Shown piece by piece: positions 29,014 to 37,931 of a stretch of 64,000 bases of DNA (the first letter of the stretch is position 1; the number at the start of each line of letters is the position of its first letter). The notes under the pieces are model-generated. The model made no database searches. It saw only the letters and a program-made list of their open reading frames with translations, and was not told the DNA's origin. A program made the translations under genes and the position numbers. The stretch comes from Escherichia phage FriedrichZschokke. The DNA is taken from sequence record MZ501067; one strand, 5' to 3'.

Positions 29014-29562
29014 TCATTTATAATAACTTCGGTGGTTTTCAAGATAGACCTTCTCAAGGAAGTCATCCCAGAAACTCATGTCTACTGTTTTAGGCATACC
29101 GTTCTTAGAAGCTTCAGTAGATGCTGCTTCTACTTGATCGACCACATCTTCCAAAAACTCTTGAACTGTTTTAAATGGATGTTTACCCAACTTCACGTCG
29201 AGAATAAATGGAGCATCTTGAAGTGGATAGACTAAGTCACCAGTTTTGTAAATTTCCAATAGTTGGAGTCCACCACGACAAGCATGACTTAGTGCTTTCC
29301 AATCAATGCCTTCATTGGCTTCGGCCTTACGAGCACGTTCACCGTATTCAGCATCTAATTTGTTCAGTGACTGCTTAAGCTCAATAAGAGAAAGCGTTGT
29401 CTGATATTTACGACCCAACACAGTGTAGAACGTTTGTGGGCCTGTTTTCTCATGATTATGGAACACCCATTCACAGAATTCGTTTTCTGGAAGACGATGC
29501 TTAATATCTTCAACTTTAGTACGACGCTGCTTAATGGAACCGTCTTCTTGGTAATCAACCAT
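29014..29562 (-). CDS. Hypothetical protein (182 aa)
   Basis: ORF starting at the ATG embedded in the CAATG junction at 29560-29564; plausible globular sequence throughout. Confidence 0.55.
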   Translation of the reverse strand: MVDYQEDGSIKQRRTKVEDIKHRLPENEFCEWVFHNHEKTGPQTFYTVLGRKYQTTLSLIELKQSLNKLDAEYGERARKAEANEGIDWKALSHACRGGLQLLEIYKTGDLVYPLQDAPFILDVKLGKHPFKTVQEFLEDVVDQVEAASTEASKNGMPKTVDMSFWDDFLEKVYLENHRSYYK

Positions 29563-30026
29563 TGCTCAGGGATTTGATTAACTACTTTCAATACATCACG
29601 TAATGCAGCCAAACGAGAACCCTTGACGCCGTATTTAGAAGCTTGCTTGCGGACATATCCTAAATATGATTTCATGTTAGTCGTATAAAAACGAGAACGG
29701 TTGTCTTGAATAAACTTCCACACATCAGGCAAATCGGATTTAACCACTAGTTCAGGTGGAGTGTGAAGCATATCCAACGCTACAGTTTCACCATCTGCTG
29801 CTAATTTAAAGAAATATTTAAGACTGTATAGTTCATGGTCAATATCATCTTTAGTGTTTTTAGATGATGTATTGTTAGTATTTTTACTCATATGCTCTTT
29901 AACATTTCCGATAAGAATATCACGAGCAGGAGGAACAAAGATTTCTTTAAAATCTACATCAGATTCTGGGGTAGAAGTTCCATAAAGATGACTACCAAAA
30001 TAGCTTTTCATTACTGTTTTCATCAT
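29364..30026 (-). CDS. Nucleotidyltransferase-fold protein (Pol-beta superfamily), 3' end uncertain
   Basis: N-terminal GSHLYGTSTPESDVDF (GS...DxD NTase signature). The ORF runs 66 codons past a CAATG junction into low-complexity sequence overlapping the next gene; the native end is probably near 29562. Confidence 0.5.
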   Translation of the reverse strand: MMKTVMKSYFGSHLYGTSTPESDVDFKEIFVPPARDILIGNVKEHMSKNTNNTSSKNTKDDIDHELYSLKYFFKLAADGETVALDMLHTPPELVVKSDLPDVWKFIQDNRSRFYTTNMKSYLGYVRKQASKYGVKGSRLAALRDVLKVVNQIPEQWLITKKTVPLSSVVLKLKILSIVFQKTNSVNGCSIIMRKQAHKRSTLCWVVNIRQRFLLLSLSSH

Positions 30027-30484
30027 TCAGCCTTATATTCAATAACAGGACATACTTTAGCTTTACGAGCTTTTAAAAATTCAACGATAACCGATTTCTT
30101 GGGTTGAATAGGAGGTAAACCTTTATACGCCCTATCAATATTTTCTACGTGTAAAGCATAATCCTTTTTCCATTTATAATCTTTATATTTTTCACGCAAA
30201 TGTGCAGGAATAACAAATGAACCGATAATAAGTAAAACAACCAAAAGCGCAAGTATAAATGCTGATGGAAGCAAAGTCCATAAACTACCAAAAATAATCC
30301 AACGTTGTAGGCTTTCTGCACAAATAATTGTTAGCCCTACGAGTATAGCACATCCAAAAATAGAAACGAAAAATGTAGGAATGGCAATAGACCAAAAATA
30401 TGCGCACAGTGTCTTAGGTCGTTGCCATTCATCGTTAAACAATTTGAATAATTTATAGTGCCAAGAGTTTTCATTAATAATCAT
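30023..30484 (-). CDS. Membrane protein (153 aa)
   Basis: Two to three hydrophobic helices (FWSIAIPTFFVSIFGCAILVGLTIICA; LLPSAFILALLVVLLIIGSFVI). Confidence 0.55.
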   Translation of the reverse strand: MIINENSWHYKLFKLFNDEWQRPKTLCAYFWSIAIPTFFVSIFGCAILVGLTIICAESLQRWIIFGSLWTLLPSAFILALLVVLLIIGSFVIPAHLREKYKDYKWKKDYALHVENIDRAYKGLPPIQPKKSVIVEFLKARKAKVCPVIEYKAE

Positions 30485-30486
30485 AA

Positions 30487-31008
30487 TTATTCTTTCATTG
30501 AAGGCGTAACGGTTGTTAAATACTTAATCATAGCTTCAGCTTCTGATTTTGATAGTGAAATTTCTTCACCGTTTTGGCGAATAGAAACAAAATCTGGATG
30601 ACGATCACCACCAGCTTTTAAAACACACATATAAGTATCAGCTTCGCCTTCAATATTTGAAATGATTGAAGCAGTTCCACATGAATGAGGTTTTTGATAA
30701 ATCAATACAGCTTTTCTTCCACCATTTGACTGTTCATAGGCTTTTAATACATCAAGCAAATCAGTTCTTTTATCAATAGCTAAGATGTTATTTTCATCTT
30801 CAATATTAAATCCTTCGGATACTTCATAAAGAGTTACCCATAAATCACCGATGTCAATAACAGCATTTACTTTTCCACGGCTTTCAAGAGTATGACAAAT
30901 TTTCTTGATTTCGTCATAACTCATTTTAATAATATCATCTCCTTGACTAAGGAAGATGTCATTTTTAAATTCAACACGAATTAAACCGCTTCCACTTGAA
31001 ATAAACAT
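30487..31008 (-). CDS. Hypothetical protein (173 aa), paralog 1 of a tandem pair
   Basis: C-terminus ...ISLSKSEAEAMIKYLTTVTPSMKE resembles the C-terminus of the adjacent 184 aa ORF. Confidence 0.55.
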   Translation of the reverse strand: MFISSGSGLIRVEFKNDIFLSQGDDIIKMSYDEIKKICHTLESRGKVNAVIDIGDLWVTLYEVSEGFNIEDENNILAIDKRTDLLDVLKAYEQSNGGRKAVLIYQKPHSCGTASIISNIEGEADTYMCVLKAGGDRHPDFVSIRQNGEEISLSKSEAEAMIKYLTTVTPSMKE

Positions 31009-31014
31009 ATTTCC

Positions 31015-31569
31015 TCACTTTGAAATCATAGTTGGAATAACAGAATCAAGATAAGTCTTTAGTGCAATAGCTTCGTCTTTGGTAAATGTGACAATATGTG
31101 CTCGAGAATCATCAATTTGACGAATAGTTAAGACATCTCCATCTTCATAACATTTTGATACGTTTAAAACAGTTTCATCATTCTGATTGCAAGCGTTAGT
31201 AATAATAGCATTGCAATTTTTAAACCATTTTAAACTATGTTTTCTTTCATTAGAATAATAAAAATATTTAATCTTATCTATAAAACTATCCCAATGGATA
31301 ACTGATAAGCATATTGACTCGCTTTCAATATTAAATCCTGGGCATGAAGAATAAAAATGAATTTTATGCTCATCATTAATGCTTACAATTTTATCAGTAT
31401 AAGGATTTTCAATTTGGGTTAAATGAATGATTTCACTAGGCGTAAAATATAGCATATCGTCTTCTTGTGTCAAACGATACATATTATTTACTTTTTCTAT
31501 AGCCAATTCACCAAAAAGTGAACTAACTTCTAATACTAATCGTTTCATATTAATCCTTTTTATTGGCAC
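31015..31569 (-). CDS. Hypothetical protein (184 aa), paralog 2 of a tandem pair
   Basis: C-terminus ...VTFTKDEAIALKTYLDSVIPTMISK. Confidence 0.55.
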   Translation of the reverse strand: MPIKRINMKRLVLEVSSLFGELAIEKVNNMYRLTQEDDMLYFTPSEIIHLTQIENPYTDKIVSINDEHKIHFYSSCPGFNIESESICLSVIHWDSFIDKIKYFYYSNERKHSLKWFKNCNAIITNACNQNDETVLNVSKCYEDGDVLTIRQIDDSRAHIVTFTKDEAIALKTYLDSVIPTMISK

Positions 31570-31828
31570 GAATTTGTTCTAAAATTTTAGAGTATTCCTT
31601 TGTATCAGATTTACGTACAATCGATACACTATACGGCATACTATCGGTGTCTTTTATAAAGCGTTCCAAATGACACTCTAATAAAATTTCTGGATTATAA
31701 ATCGTGTACATCAAATTACCTGTTGCTCCACGATATTGACAGATTTCTACTGATTGAACACCATTCCATAATTTTGTTAAGACCAAATCACCTACTTCTA
31801 ATTTAGGAAAGCCCATGTTATTCACCAA
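31550..31828 (-). CDS. Hypothetical protein (92 aa)
   Basis: ORF on the early strand. Confidence 0.5.
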   Translation of the reverse strand: MVNNMGFPKLEVGDLVLTKLWNGVQSVEICQYRGATGNLMYTIYNPEILLECHLERFIKDTDSMPYSVSIVRKSDTKEYSKILEQIRANKKD

Positions 31829-32003
31829 TTAAAGTTTCAATATAAGAATCAAGATTTACTTTAGCTTCTTCCATAAGAGTTTTGTATTTAATCTTGTTAG
31901 CATGTCCGGAGAAAGCTGATTCATCAATAACTGTTGATGTATGAACAGCTCTACTATACGTCTCAATTAATTCTCTTAATTTAAAAGCCTGCTCACTTGT
32001 CAT
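31818..32003 (-). CDS. Hypothetical protein (61 aa)
   Basis: ORF on the early strand. Confidence 0.45.
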   Translation of the reverse strand: MTSEQAFKLRELIETYSRAVHTSTVIDESAFSGHANKIKYKTLMEEAKVNLDSYIETLIGE

Positions 32004-32128
32004 TACATACTCCTTTGAATCATATCAATAATATTGTTCACCAGATTATAGGTAAACATTGGGTAATTATATTGAATCATCACATATATAACAAACAAAA
32101 CTTTCATTCTCTTCTCCTTGACAGTTGA

Positions 32129-32170
32129 CAAGATTACTATACCATAACCTTGCCAACTTGTAAACCGTTA
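32129..32170 (-). promoter_or_regulatory. Early promoter
   Basis: Minus strand: -35 TTTACA (32159-32164), 17 bp spacer, -10 TATAGT. Confidence 0.45.
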
Positions 32171-32341
32171 AATGTTGTTTTCAATAAAATTCTGAAGCTT
32201 TGTGTGAGCATCAACCATGATTTTCATTTCTTCCTTTGCGAAAGCTGTATCTCTTTCCCGAGCAGAATACTCATAGTCAGAAACTGCATTAGCATATTCT
32301 TCAATTAGCTTCATTAAAAACATCTGCTTTTCAGTTTTCAT
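32168..32341 (-). CDS. Small hypothetical protein (~57 aa)
   Basis: ORF read by hand from the reverse strand (MKTEKQMFLMKLIEEYANAV...); below the length cut-off of the supplied ORF track. Confidence 0.35.
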   Translation of the reverse strand: MKTEKQMFLMKLIEEYANAVSDYEYSARERDTAFAKEEMKIMVDAHTKLQNFIENNI

Positions 32342-32525
32342 TATTCCACCTAATCATTTCAAGATATTGAACTAACTTAGCTTTAGATTTATCCAAATCC
32401 TTTTTAGCTGCTTCTATACCGTCGTATGAATATCCTTCACAATGCTCAACTGCTAATTGATATGAATCTATTTCAATATCACGTGCTAATTTAATGATTT
32501 TTTCAAACTGTTCGCGTGTTAGCAT
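32331..32525 (-). CDS. Hypothetical protein (64 aa)
   Basis: ORF on the early strand. Confidence 0.45.
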   Translation of the reverse strand: MLTREQFEKIIKLARDIEIDSYQLAVEHCEGYSYDGIEAAKKDLDKSKAKLVQYLEMIRWNNEN

Positions 32526-32527
32526 AA

Positions 32528-32767
32528 TTAAACTCTCGTATTATGATCGATAATTTCATCAAGAAACATATCTAACGCTTCTAAAGCATTATCAACTTTA
32601 GTTTCAAAGTCTTTAATGCCTTTATTCGAAATACCCGATGAATACCAAGCAAAGTCAATCAGCTCTTCATCTGCTCTACGAATTGAAGCCACTAATTCCT
32701 TGATTTTATCTGCTCGCTCTATACTAATCATTATTCCACCACATATGACAGAGAGAATATTGCACAC
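32528..32767 (-). CDS. Hypothetical protein (79 aa)
   Basis: ORF on the early strand. Confidence 0.45.
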   Translation of the reverse strand: MCNILSVICGGIMISIERADKIKELVASIRRADEELIDFAWYSSGISNKGIKDFETKVDNALEALDMFLDEIIDHNTRV

Positions 32768-32919
32768 GCCATATGCGTTGCAGCTTCATCACACATATTA
32801 TAACGTTTCTTCAAAACTTCAACAAGTTCTTCACTAGTAACTTCATCCATGTCGACGAAAAAATCACCATTAATGATGACGTAGATATTTCCTTCTTGAT
32901 TGAGTGCTTCAATTTTCAT
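32731..32919 (-). CDS. Hypothetical protein (~62 aa)
   Basis: Start placed at MKIEALNQ with AGGAGAA Shine-Dalgarno, downstream of the promoter at 32940-32980. Confidence 0.45.
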   Translation of the reverse strand: MKIEALNQEGNIYVIINGDFFVDMDEVTSEELVEVLKKRYNMCDEAATHMACAIFSLSYVVE

Positions 32920-32939
32920 GATGTTCTCCTCTTTATTCG

Positions 32940-32980
32940 ATAGTTGTATAGTACCACAACTCAAACGGAAAGTAAACCGG
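32940..32980 (-). promoter_or_regulatory. Early promoter
   Basis: Minus strand: TGG-TACTAT -10 (32947-32955) with TTTACT-like -35 about 18 bp upstream. Confidence 0.45.
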
Positions 32981-33010
32981 TAAAATGAAAAAAGTCTCCC
33001 GAAGGAGACT
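32981..33010 (-). terminator. Strong intrinsic terminator
   Basis: Minus RNA agucucc-UUCG-ggagacu followed by UUUUUCAUUUU. Confidence 0.7.
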
Positions 33011-33014
33011 AATG

Positions 33015-33401
33015 TTATTCGAGGGAAAGAAGATACTTACTCTGGTAAAACATTCCAGTAATATCATCTATCGTGCTTTGAATGGCTGGAGGCATTTCTT
33101 TATAAATGCTGTTAGATTGGTCTAGTATGCGATCAATCATTTTAATTGTGTCGGTAGGAAGTTTACTGGCATCTGGAATTGAAGGTGTGTATTTTCTACC
33201 AGAATACCCCAAATATTGCTCACCAAATTTATCAATCAAATCTGGCAACTCGGAGAAAATAAAATCGTATGCTTTGTGTCTAGCATAACTTTTAGTTTCA
33301 AAATGTGCAGAATGAAAATAAGCTTGTGCAGCCATTAATAAACCTAAGTATTCATCTGCCTTTGAAGGTTTTCCACTTTGTGAAAAGTCGCTGAATTTCA
33401 T
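33015..33401 (-). CDS. Hypothetical protein (128 aa)
   Basis: ORF with ATGA overlap to rI. Confidence 0.55.
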   Translation of the reverse strand: MKFSDFSQSGKPSKADEYLGLLMAAQAYFHSAHFETKSYARHKAYDFIFSELPDLIDKFGEQYLGYSGRKYTPSIPDASKLPTDTIKMIDRILDQSNSIYKEMPPAIQSTIDDITGMFYQSKYLLSLE

Positions 33402-33691
33402 TCAGTCTCCAATTTAATGTTCATAATTCTAGCGTATGATTGTGCCATCTCCGCGCCTCGTTCTATACATTCAAAATCAGAAGAGCACGGGTCATTTTTA
33501 TAGGTCGTTCTCATAAAACTATAGAATTGTTCAGACGATTCTACGCTTTTATTTTCAAAAAGCATATAAACATGTCTAATACCAGATTCCATAAATTTAT
33601 CAAAATGAGGATTGACATTCGCTTCAATCGATGGAGATAAAACAAATGACAATCCTAGCATGGCAAATAGTGCCGTTGCTTTTAAGGCCAT
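33398..33691 (-). CDS. rI: Lysis-inhibition regulator RI (signal-anchored periplasmic protein)
   Basis: 97 aa, MALKATALFAMLGLSFVLSPSIEA...; matches T4 RI as recalled. Confidence 0.85.
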   Translation of the reverse strand: MALKATALFAMLGLSFVLSPSIEANVNPHFDKFMESGIRHVYMLFENKSVESSEQFYSFMRTTYKNDPCSSDFECIERGAEMAQSYARIMNIKLETE

Positions 33692-33703
33692 AAAGGCCTC
33701 CTA

Positions 33704-33916
33704 TCATTTTTGTCCTGTATTTACTTTATGCCGATGCACGGCCTTAACTTTATCAAGGTATTTTTCAAAATTTCGCAATCTAGTATAGTCTGCCGGAGAT
33801 TGGTTGAGTGATACTTCTCGACGCAAAGCTGAAATAACATTTCCAACTTCCCTACGAATTTCATCTAATTGAAGCACAGTAAGATTGCGAAGTTGCTTTT
33901 CAGTTAATTGTAGCAT
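33704..33916 (-). CDS. Hypothetical protein (70 aa)
   Basis: ORF preceded by a TATAAATA late-promoter motif. Confidence 0.5.
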   Translation of the reverse strand: MLQLTEKQLRNLTVLQLDEIRREVGNVISALRREVSLNQSPADYTRLRNFEKYLDKVKAVHRHKVNTGQK

Positions 33917-33942
33917 ATATACCCCTTTAGTTAGATAAACCT

Positions 33943-33950
33943 ATTTATAA
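33943..33950 (-). promoter_or_regulatory. Late promoter core (TATAAATA)
   Basis: Exact TATAAATA on the minus strand about 27 nt upstream of the ORF start at 33916. Confidence 0.5.
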
Positions 33951-33958
33951 CTTTTGCA

Positions 33959-34540
33959 CTAACCGAGCTTTTTAGTTAATTCATTCCAATGTTTTCTACA
34001 CAAAGAAACATAAATTTCATCACCAATACAGATTTGATTACCTTCTTTAACTGGTGTTCCATCTTCCATTAATCGAGCTGTCATAATCGCTTTTTTGCCG
34101 CAATGACAAACTGCCTTTAGTTCAATAAGTTTATCTGCAATCGCTAAAAGTTCTTTAGAACCTTCAAACAATTTTCCAGCGAAATCAGTCCTTAATCCAT
34201 AAGCCATAACAGGAACATTATATGTATCAACAATTCGGCTCAATTGATGTACTTGTTCAGTTTTTAAAAATTGGGCTTCATCTACAAATACGCAATGAAT
34301 ATCTTTTTGTGCTTCAGCCCATTTATAGAACTCGAAAATATCCATATCATCTGTAATAATATTCGCTTCCTGTTTAATTCCAATGCGAGAAACGACTTCG
34401 CAGACAGAATCGCGAGTATCAATAGCAGGCTTAAGAACTAATACACTCATTCCACGTTCTTTATAATTATGTGCAGCAGTCAAAAGAGAAGCAGATTTTC
34501 CAGCATTCATTGCTGCATAAGTAAAAATTAAACTCGCCAT
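33959..34540 (-). CDS. tk: Thymidine kinase
   Basis: 193 aa; P-loop NAGKSAS; C-terminal Zn-binding Cys pairs; matches T4 Tk. Confidence 0.93.
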   Translation of the reverse strand: MASLIFTYAAMNAGKSASLLTAAHNYKERGMSVLVLKPAIDTRDSVCEVVSRIGIKQEANIITDDMDIFEFYKWAEAQKDIHCVFVDEAQFLKTEQVHQLSRIVDTYNVPVMAYGLRTDFAGKLFEGSKELLAIADKLIELKAVCHCGKKAIMTARLMEDGTPVKEGNQICIGDEIYVSLCRKHWNELTKKLG

Positions 34541-34549
34541 ATCACCTTC

Positions 34550-34735
34550 TTAAAGCGTATTCACATAAGCTATTAATTCATTTTCTTTCTTATCAAACCG
34601 ATCAGCAAATTCTTCCTGCTGTTCGGGAGATAGCGGGCCGTATTCATCATAAAAGGTGTTTGCTTCTATATGCTCATCTAGAAGTTCATGGATAAGCTCA
34701 AACAATTTATCTTTTTGTTCTTTACTCAGACTCAT
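34550..34735 (-). CDS. Hypothetical acidic protein (61 aa)
   Basis: ORF on the early strand. Confidence 0.5.
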   Translation of the reverse strand: MSLSKEQKDKLFELIHELLDEHIEANTFYDEYGPLSPEQQEEFADRFDKKENELIAYVNTL

Positions 34736-34901
34736 ATATTAATTTCCAGGAGTTTTAAAATAATTCGCTTTTGCTTAAATATTTCCATAGTTAAATGACC
34801 AGTATCTTTTTGACCGATTCCAATGGCAAAACCTTTATTAACAGCGAGTTCAATTAAATTATCAAGCTCACGTAACACTTCGTATTGTAACTCAAAACTA
34901 T

Positions 34902-35129
34902 TCATTTTGGTTTACCTTCTTTAACGAAATCAGGATAAGGATAAAATCCTGAATAAAATCCTTCACCTTTATGATTGATGCATCCTTTATTAGAACAATA
35001 GCACCAATAATCGAAATCACAAGCCATTTCATCATTACATAAAGCAAAAACAACAGGCCATTTACACTTTTCACAATGGGCATTTTTAAGAATACTAGTT
35101 TGGCTCATAACCATGTAACCTTTAAGCAA
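34902..35129 (-). CDS. Cys-rich small protein (up to 75 aa; start uncertain)
   Basis: Multiple CxxC pairs (CEKCKW..., CYCSNKGC). Confidence 0.45.
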   Translation of the reverse strand: MLKGYMVMSQTSILKNAHCEKCKWPVVFALCNDEMACDFDYWCYCSNKGCINHKGEGFYSGFYPYPDFVKEGKPK

Positions 35130-35317
35130 TATTCTTCTACATGTTGTTTACGACCTTTCTTATCAATAAAGGTATATTCAACGAATGTTCCAATGTAGTC
35201 TTTATCTACATCATGTGGACTATTAATTGGACATTTAGTACGGCAAATGCGTTCCCATTGACGAATAATTTCCACTTTGTTTTTAGGATCAAACGGATGT
35301 GGGTAATGTACTTTCAT
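35105..35317 (-). CDS. Hypothetical protein (70 aa)
   Basis: ORF on the early strand. Confidence 0.5.
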   Translation of the reverse strand: MKVHYPHPFDPKNKVEIIRQWERICRTKCPINSPHDVDKDYIGTFVEYTFIDKKGRKQHVEEYCLKVTWL

Positions 35318-35768
35318 AATCCACCACTATTAAATCAATATCAGGAGTAAACATGTCGATTAATTTAGAAACCTTATCCCAATCGCCGCCAGCAATACCA
35401 CAACCTATGCGTGGAATGTAAATTACTGGTTTAAACAAAAGGGTTTCTGCCTGTAGATTTAATTCTATCATGCAGTTTACTAAAGCACCATAATCAAGAT
35501 TAGGACCTGGTTCGTATTGCGTATACAGGTTATAGCATATACCAAAACCATTAGGTTTATGTTTAAAAACAATAGACATATCGCCTAATTTATCACGAGA
35601 ACCGTACTCAGTAGTGGTTTTATCTATTTCTAAAATTTTGGGATAGGCTCTTGCTAATTGACCAGCTACACCTGAACCCATAGTATGAAAACAATTGCAC
35701 CCGTGCGCAATAATATTACCTTGAAGAAATAGGGCGACAATATCGCCCTTGATATATTTTACAATCAT
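35289..35768 (-). CDS. Macro-domain-like protein (predicted ADP-ribose binding/processing)
   Basis: 159 aa; GDIV...NIIAHGCNCFHTMGSGVAGQLA and later IGCGIAGGDW fit the two glycine-rich loops of macro domains (cf. DAIVNAAN...GGGGVxxAI and GxYGYP). Confidence 0.6.
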   Translation of the reverse strand: MIVKYIKGDIVALFLQGNIIAHGCNCFHTMGSGVAGQLARAYPKILEIDKTTTEYGSRDKLGDMSIVFKHKPNGFGICYNLYTQYEPGPNLDYGALVNCMIELNLQAETLLFKPVIYIPRIGCGIAGGDWDKVSKLIDMFTPDIDLIVVDYESTLPTSV

Positions 35769-36106
35769 CTAGTACTCAATCCTCGATTATAAGAATCTAC
35801 CAAACGGTCAACCATTGAATGACAAGCGGCTTTATCTTTCTCCTCCGCAACTGAACATTCTAAGGTATTCCACTTTTTAGCATATCGTTTTAACAATGTA
35901 TCATTTTTGTATCTGCTTGATTTATCTCTTTCTCCGTCTTTATATGCATATATTAATTTCTGCGCAAATTCAGCTTGGCATGCTTTATTTTTCCCGCAAT
36001 AATCCGCTGCAGTACGGTTTACATACTCTCTAATTTCAGTATATGATGTATCTGCTAACGCAGAAAATGAAATTAATCCTATACATAAAACCAAAATTTT
36101 AGTCAT
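35765..36106 (-). CDS. Secreted protein (113 aa)
   Basis: N-terminal signal peptide (MTKILVLCIGLISFSALA); several Cys. Confidence 0.55.
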   Translation of the reverse strand: MTKILVLCIGLISFSALADTSYTEIREYVNRTAADYCGKNKACQAEFAQKLIYAYKDGERDKSSRYKNDTLLKRYAKKWNTLECSVAEEKDKAACHSMVDRLVDSYNRGLSTR

Positions 36107-36644
36107 TTACTATTTCCAAAAGTTTATTATTTTTAAGGTAATTAGCCTTTTCTAGGACTTCAGAAGCATATTTAGAACCTGCTTTAACATTCCATCCCGA
36201 ATTATAAGAGGATATTGCTTTTCTTATATCGCCCTTATGTATATTTAACCAATAAGAAAGTTCAATGTACGCCCAGGAAGCTGAATTGGACCGTTTATTC
36301 AACATTCTTTTTATTTCAGCATCGGTCATATTATAACCAAGTTCCTTAACTCTTGCTCGCATAGTAGGCAAATAATTTTGGAACATTCCGTAGGCGTGAT
36401 GCTTTGGTTTAGATTTTAAATTAACTCCGCCAGAGCTTTCTTGCCATAAAATAGCAGCCATTATATGACCTAATCCGCTCTTGTGGATATTTTTATGTGT
36501 TTTATATTTTCCATCCTTAGAAAATTGTTCCCCGAATTGATACGCGTAACGCATGTTATCGAGTTGGACATTACTGAAAGTATGCTCGGAGCTATGTGCC
36601 ATCATTGAAATGGCCAATAGACCAGCGAGTAGTGCTTTTCTCAT
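36099..36644 (-). CDS. Secreted lytic transglycosylase-like protein (SLT domain)
   Basis: 181 aa; signal peptide; QESSGG...YGMFQ motif typical of the SLT catalytic region. Confidence 0.6.
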   Translation of the reverse strand: MRKALLAGLLAISMMAHSSEHTFSNVQLDNMRYAYQFGEQFSKDGKYKTHKNIHKSGLGHIMAAILWQESSGGVNLKSKPKHHAYGMFQNYLPTMRARVKELGYNMTDAEIKRMLNKRSNSASWAYIELSYWLNIHKGDIRKAISSYNSGWNVKAGSKYASEVLEKANYLKNNKLLEIVND

Positions 36645-36651
36645 GCTTACC

Positions 36652-37113
36652 TCATTGAGTTTTAATTACTGCTTTAGAAGCCTTTCCTGGTAAACGACGA
36701 CTGTTGATAATTGCCATCCTGCATTGAAGTGACGGGTCTTTGAACTTCTCATTAGGCTTACAAACCGTAAATCCAAGCCAAAGATTTCCATCTGTGATTT
36801 CTAAACGTCCAGGACGATATTCAACCCCATCAATAAAATCCTCGTCAATGTCAGGACGCGGAGGCATACTCAGGAATTCATTAACTTCTAAAACATGGTC
36901 TTTTATTTTATGGAATAATTCAAAAACATATGTCTCATCAATCTCCCGTTGAATTGCACGATCAAGAAGATGTTGAGAATATTTTAGATGAAACGATGAG
37001 ACTCCTGCTGCTTTTGATGCCTCACGAATCTCATTGTTAATTTGACGAAACTCCGACTCAAAGTGACGACGAAGCTTATTTCGACGGATAAAAACTTCTG
37101 TATTGATAGTCAT
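36652..37113 (-). CDS. regB: Endoribonuclease RegB
   Basis: 153 aa; position and length match T4 RegB; early promoter upstream. Confidence 0.75.
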   Translation of the reverse strand: MTINTEVFIRRNKLRRHFESEFRQINNEIREASKAAGVSSFHLKYSQHLLDRAIQREIDETYVFELFHKIKDHVLEVNEFLSMPPRPDIDEDFIDGVEYRPGRLEITDGNLWLGFTVCKPNEKFKDPSLQCRMAIINSRRLPGKASKAVIKTQ

Positions 37114-37134
37114 GTTGTTCTCCTCTTAACTGAT

Positions 37135-37175
37135 AGAAAAATTATACCACAGTCAAGAGGAAAAGTAAACAGTTA
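37135..37175 (-). promoter_or_regulatory. Early promoter
   Basis: Minus strand: -35 TTTACT, 17 bp spacer, consensus -10 TATAAT (37141-37146). Confidence 0.5.
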
Positions 37176-37451
37176 TTCTTTAAATCTAATCAATTTATTC
37201 ATAGACTTTGAAACTTCTGCACGAACCTCATGTAAGTTTTTAAGCTGTTCAAGACGCTGCTCATAGTAAGCAATTTCATCTTCTTCGAGACAGTCCTGTG
37301 AATCTTCTTTAAGATAGCGTGCATAGTCCTGGAAAGCTTTACGGACTACTTCCTGGAAGTCATCAAGACTTTGAATTTTCTTAGGAGCGGCAGATACACG
37401 ACGAGGGGCAGTATAATACTCATAACCAAACCCTGCACTTAATTGAGCCAT
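37173..37451 (-). CDS. Hypothetical protein (~92 aa)
   Basis: ORF trimmed to an internal Met (MAQLSAGF...). Confidence 0.45.
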   Translation of the reverse strand: MAQLSAGFGYEYYTAPRRVSAAPKKIQSLDDFQEVVRKAFQDYARYLKEDSQDCLEEDEIAYYEQRLEQLKNLHEVRAEVSKSMNKLIRFKE

Positions 37452-37717
37452 TAGTATTTTTCCTCTGGTTGGAACACAGCACGGCAAGCCCACATACTTG
37501 CTTCTTTGAGTTTCGTTTTAGCAATAGTTAACTGATCGAGGCTTTCGGCGTAATTCTTCGCGAGTTCATCATCTTCACAGCTATCAAATGCTTCCCAGAA
37601 TTCATCGTATAAAGCGTCAAAGATAAGTCCTAAACGAACTTCAGCGTCTTTGATAGCATTCACTTTACCGATTTTCTCTTCAGTATGCGGCTTATAACCT
37701 TTAATGTCTTCAATCAT
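37451..37717 (-). CDS. Hypothetical protein (~88 aa)
   Basis: ORF trimmed to an internal Met (MIEDIKGY...). Confidence 0.45.
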   Translation of the reverse strand: MIEDIKGYKPHTEEKIGKVNAIKDAEVRLGLIFDALYDEFWEAFDSCEDDELAKNYAESLDQLTIAKTKLKEASMWACRAVFQPEEKY

Positions 37718-37931
37718 ATTTGACTTCCTCACCAGTACATAAATCGTATTCAACTAAACGAATAGGTTCATGAATGCCATATCCCTGAACAGAAATTTCT
37801 GTAGTAGGATAAATTCCATCAATATCACCCATATTCCACGCTTCGTTAAATTGCTGTTCGCCTGAATTACTAAACCACTCGGCGAAAGCATTTAGCACAT
37901 CTTTAGAACCTTCAATAATTATCTTTGCCAT
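37710..37931 (-). CDS. Hypothetical protein (73 aa)
   Basis: ORF with ATGA overlap to the GrcA-like gene. Confidence 0.5.
   Translation of the reverse strand: MAKIIIEGSKDVLNAFAEWFSNSGEQQFNEAWNMGDIDGIYPTTEISVQGYGIHEPIRLVEYDLCTGEEVKYD

Noticed and set aside
29364-29560. C-terminal 66 codons of the 220 aa NTase-fold ORF
   Set aside because: Low-complexity sequence that overlaps the next gene in another frame; most likely read-through after a lost TAA at the CAATG junction, not native protein.
34898-35083. Minus-strand 61 aa ORF
   Set aside because: Alternate frame of the Cys-rich ORF at 34902-35129, which looks more protein-like.
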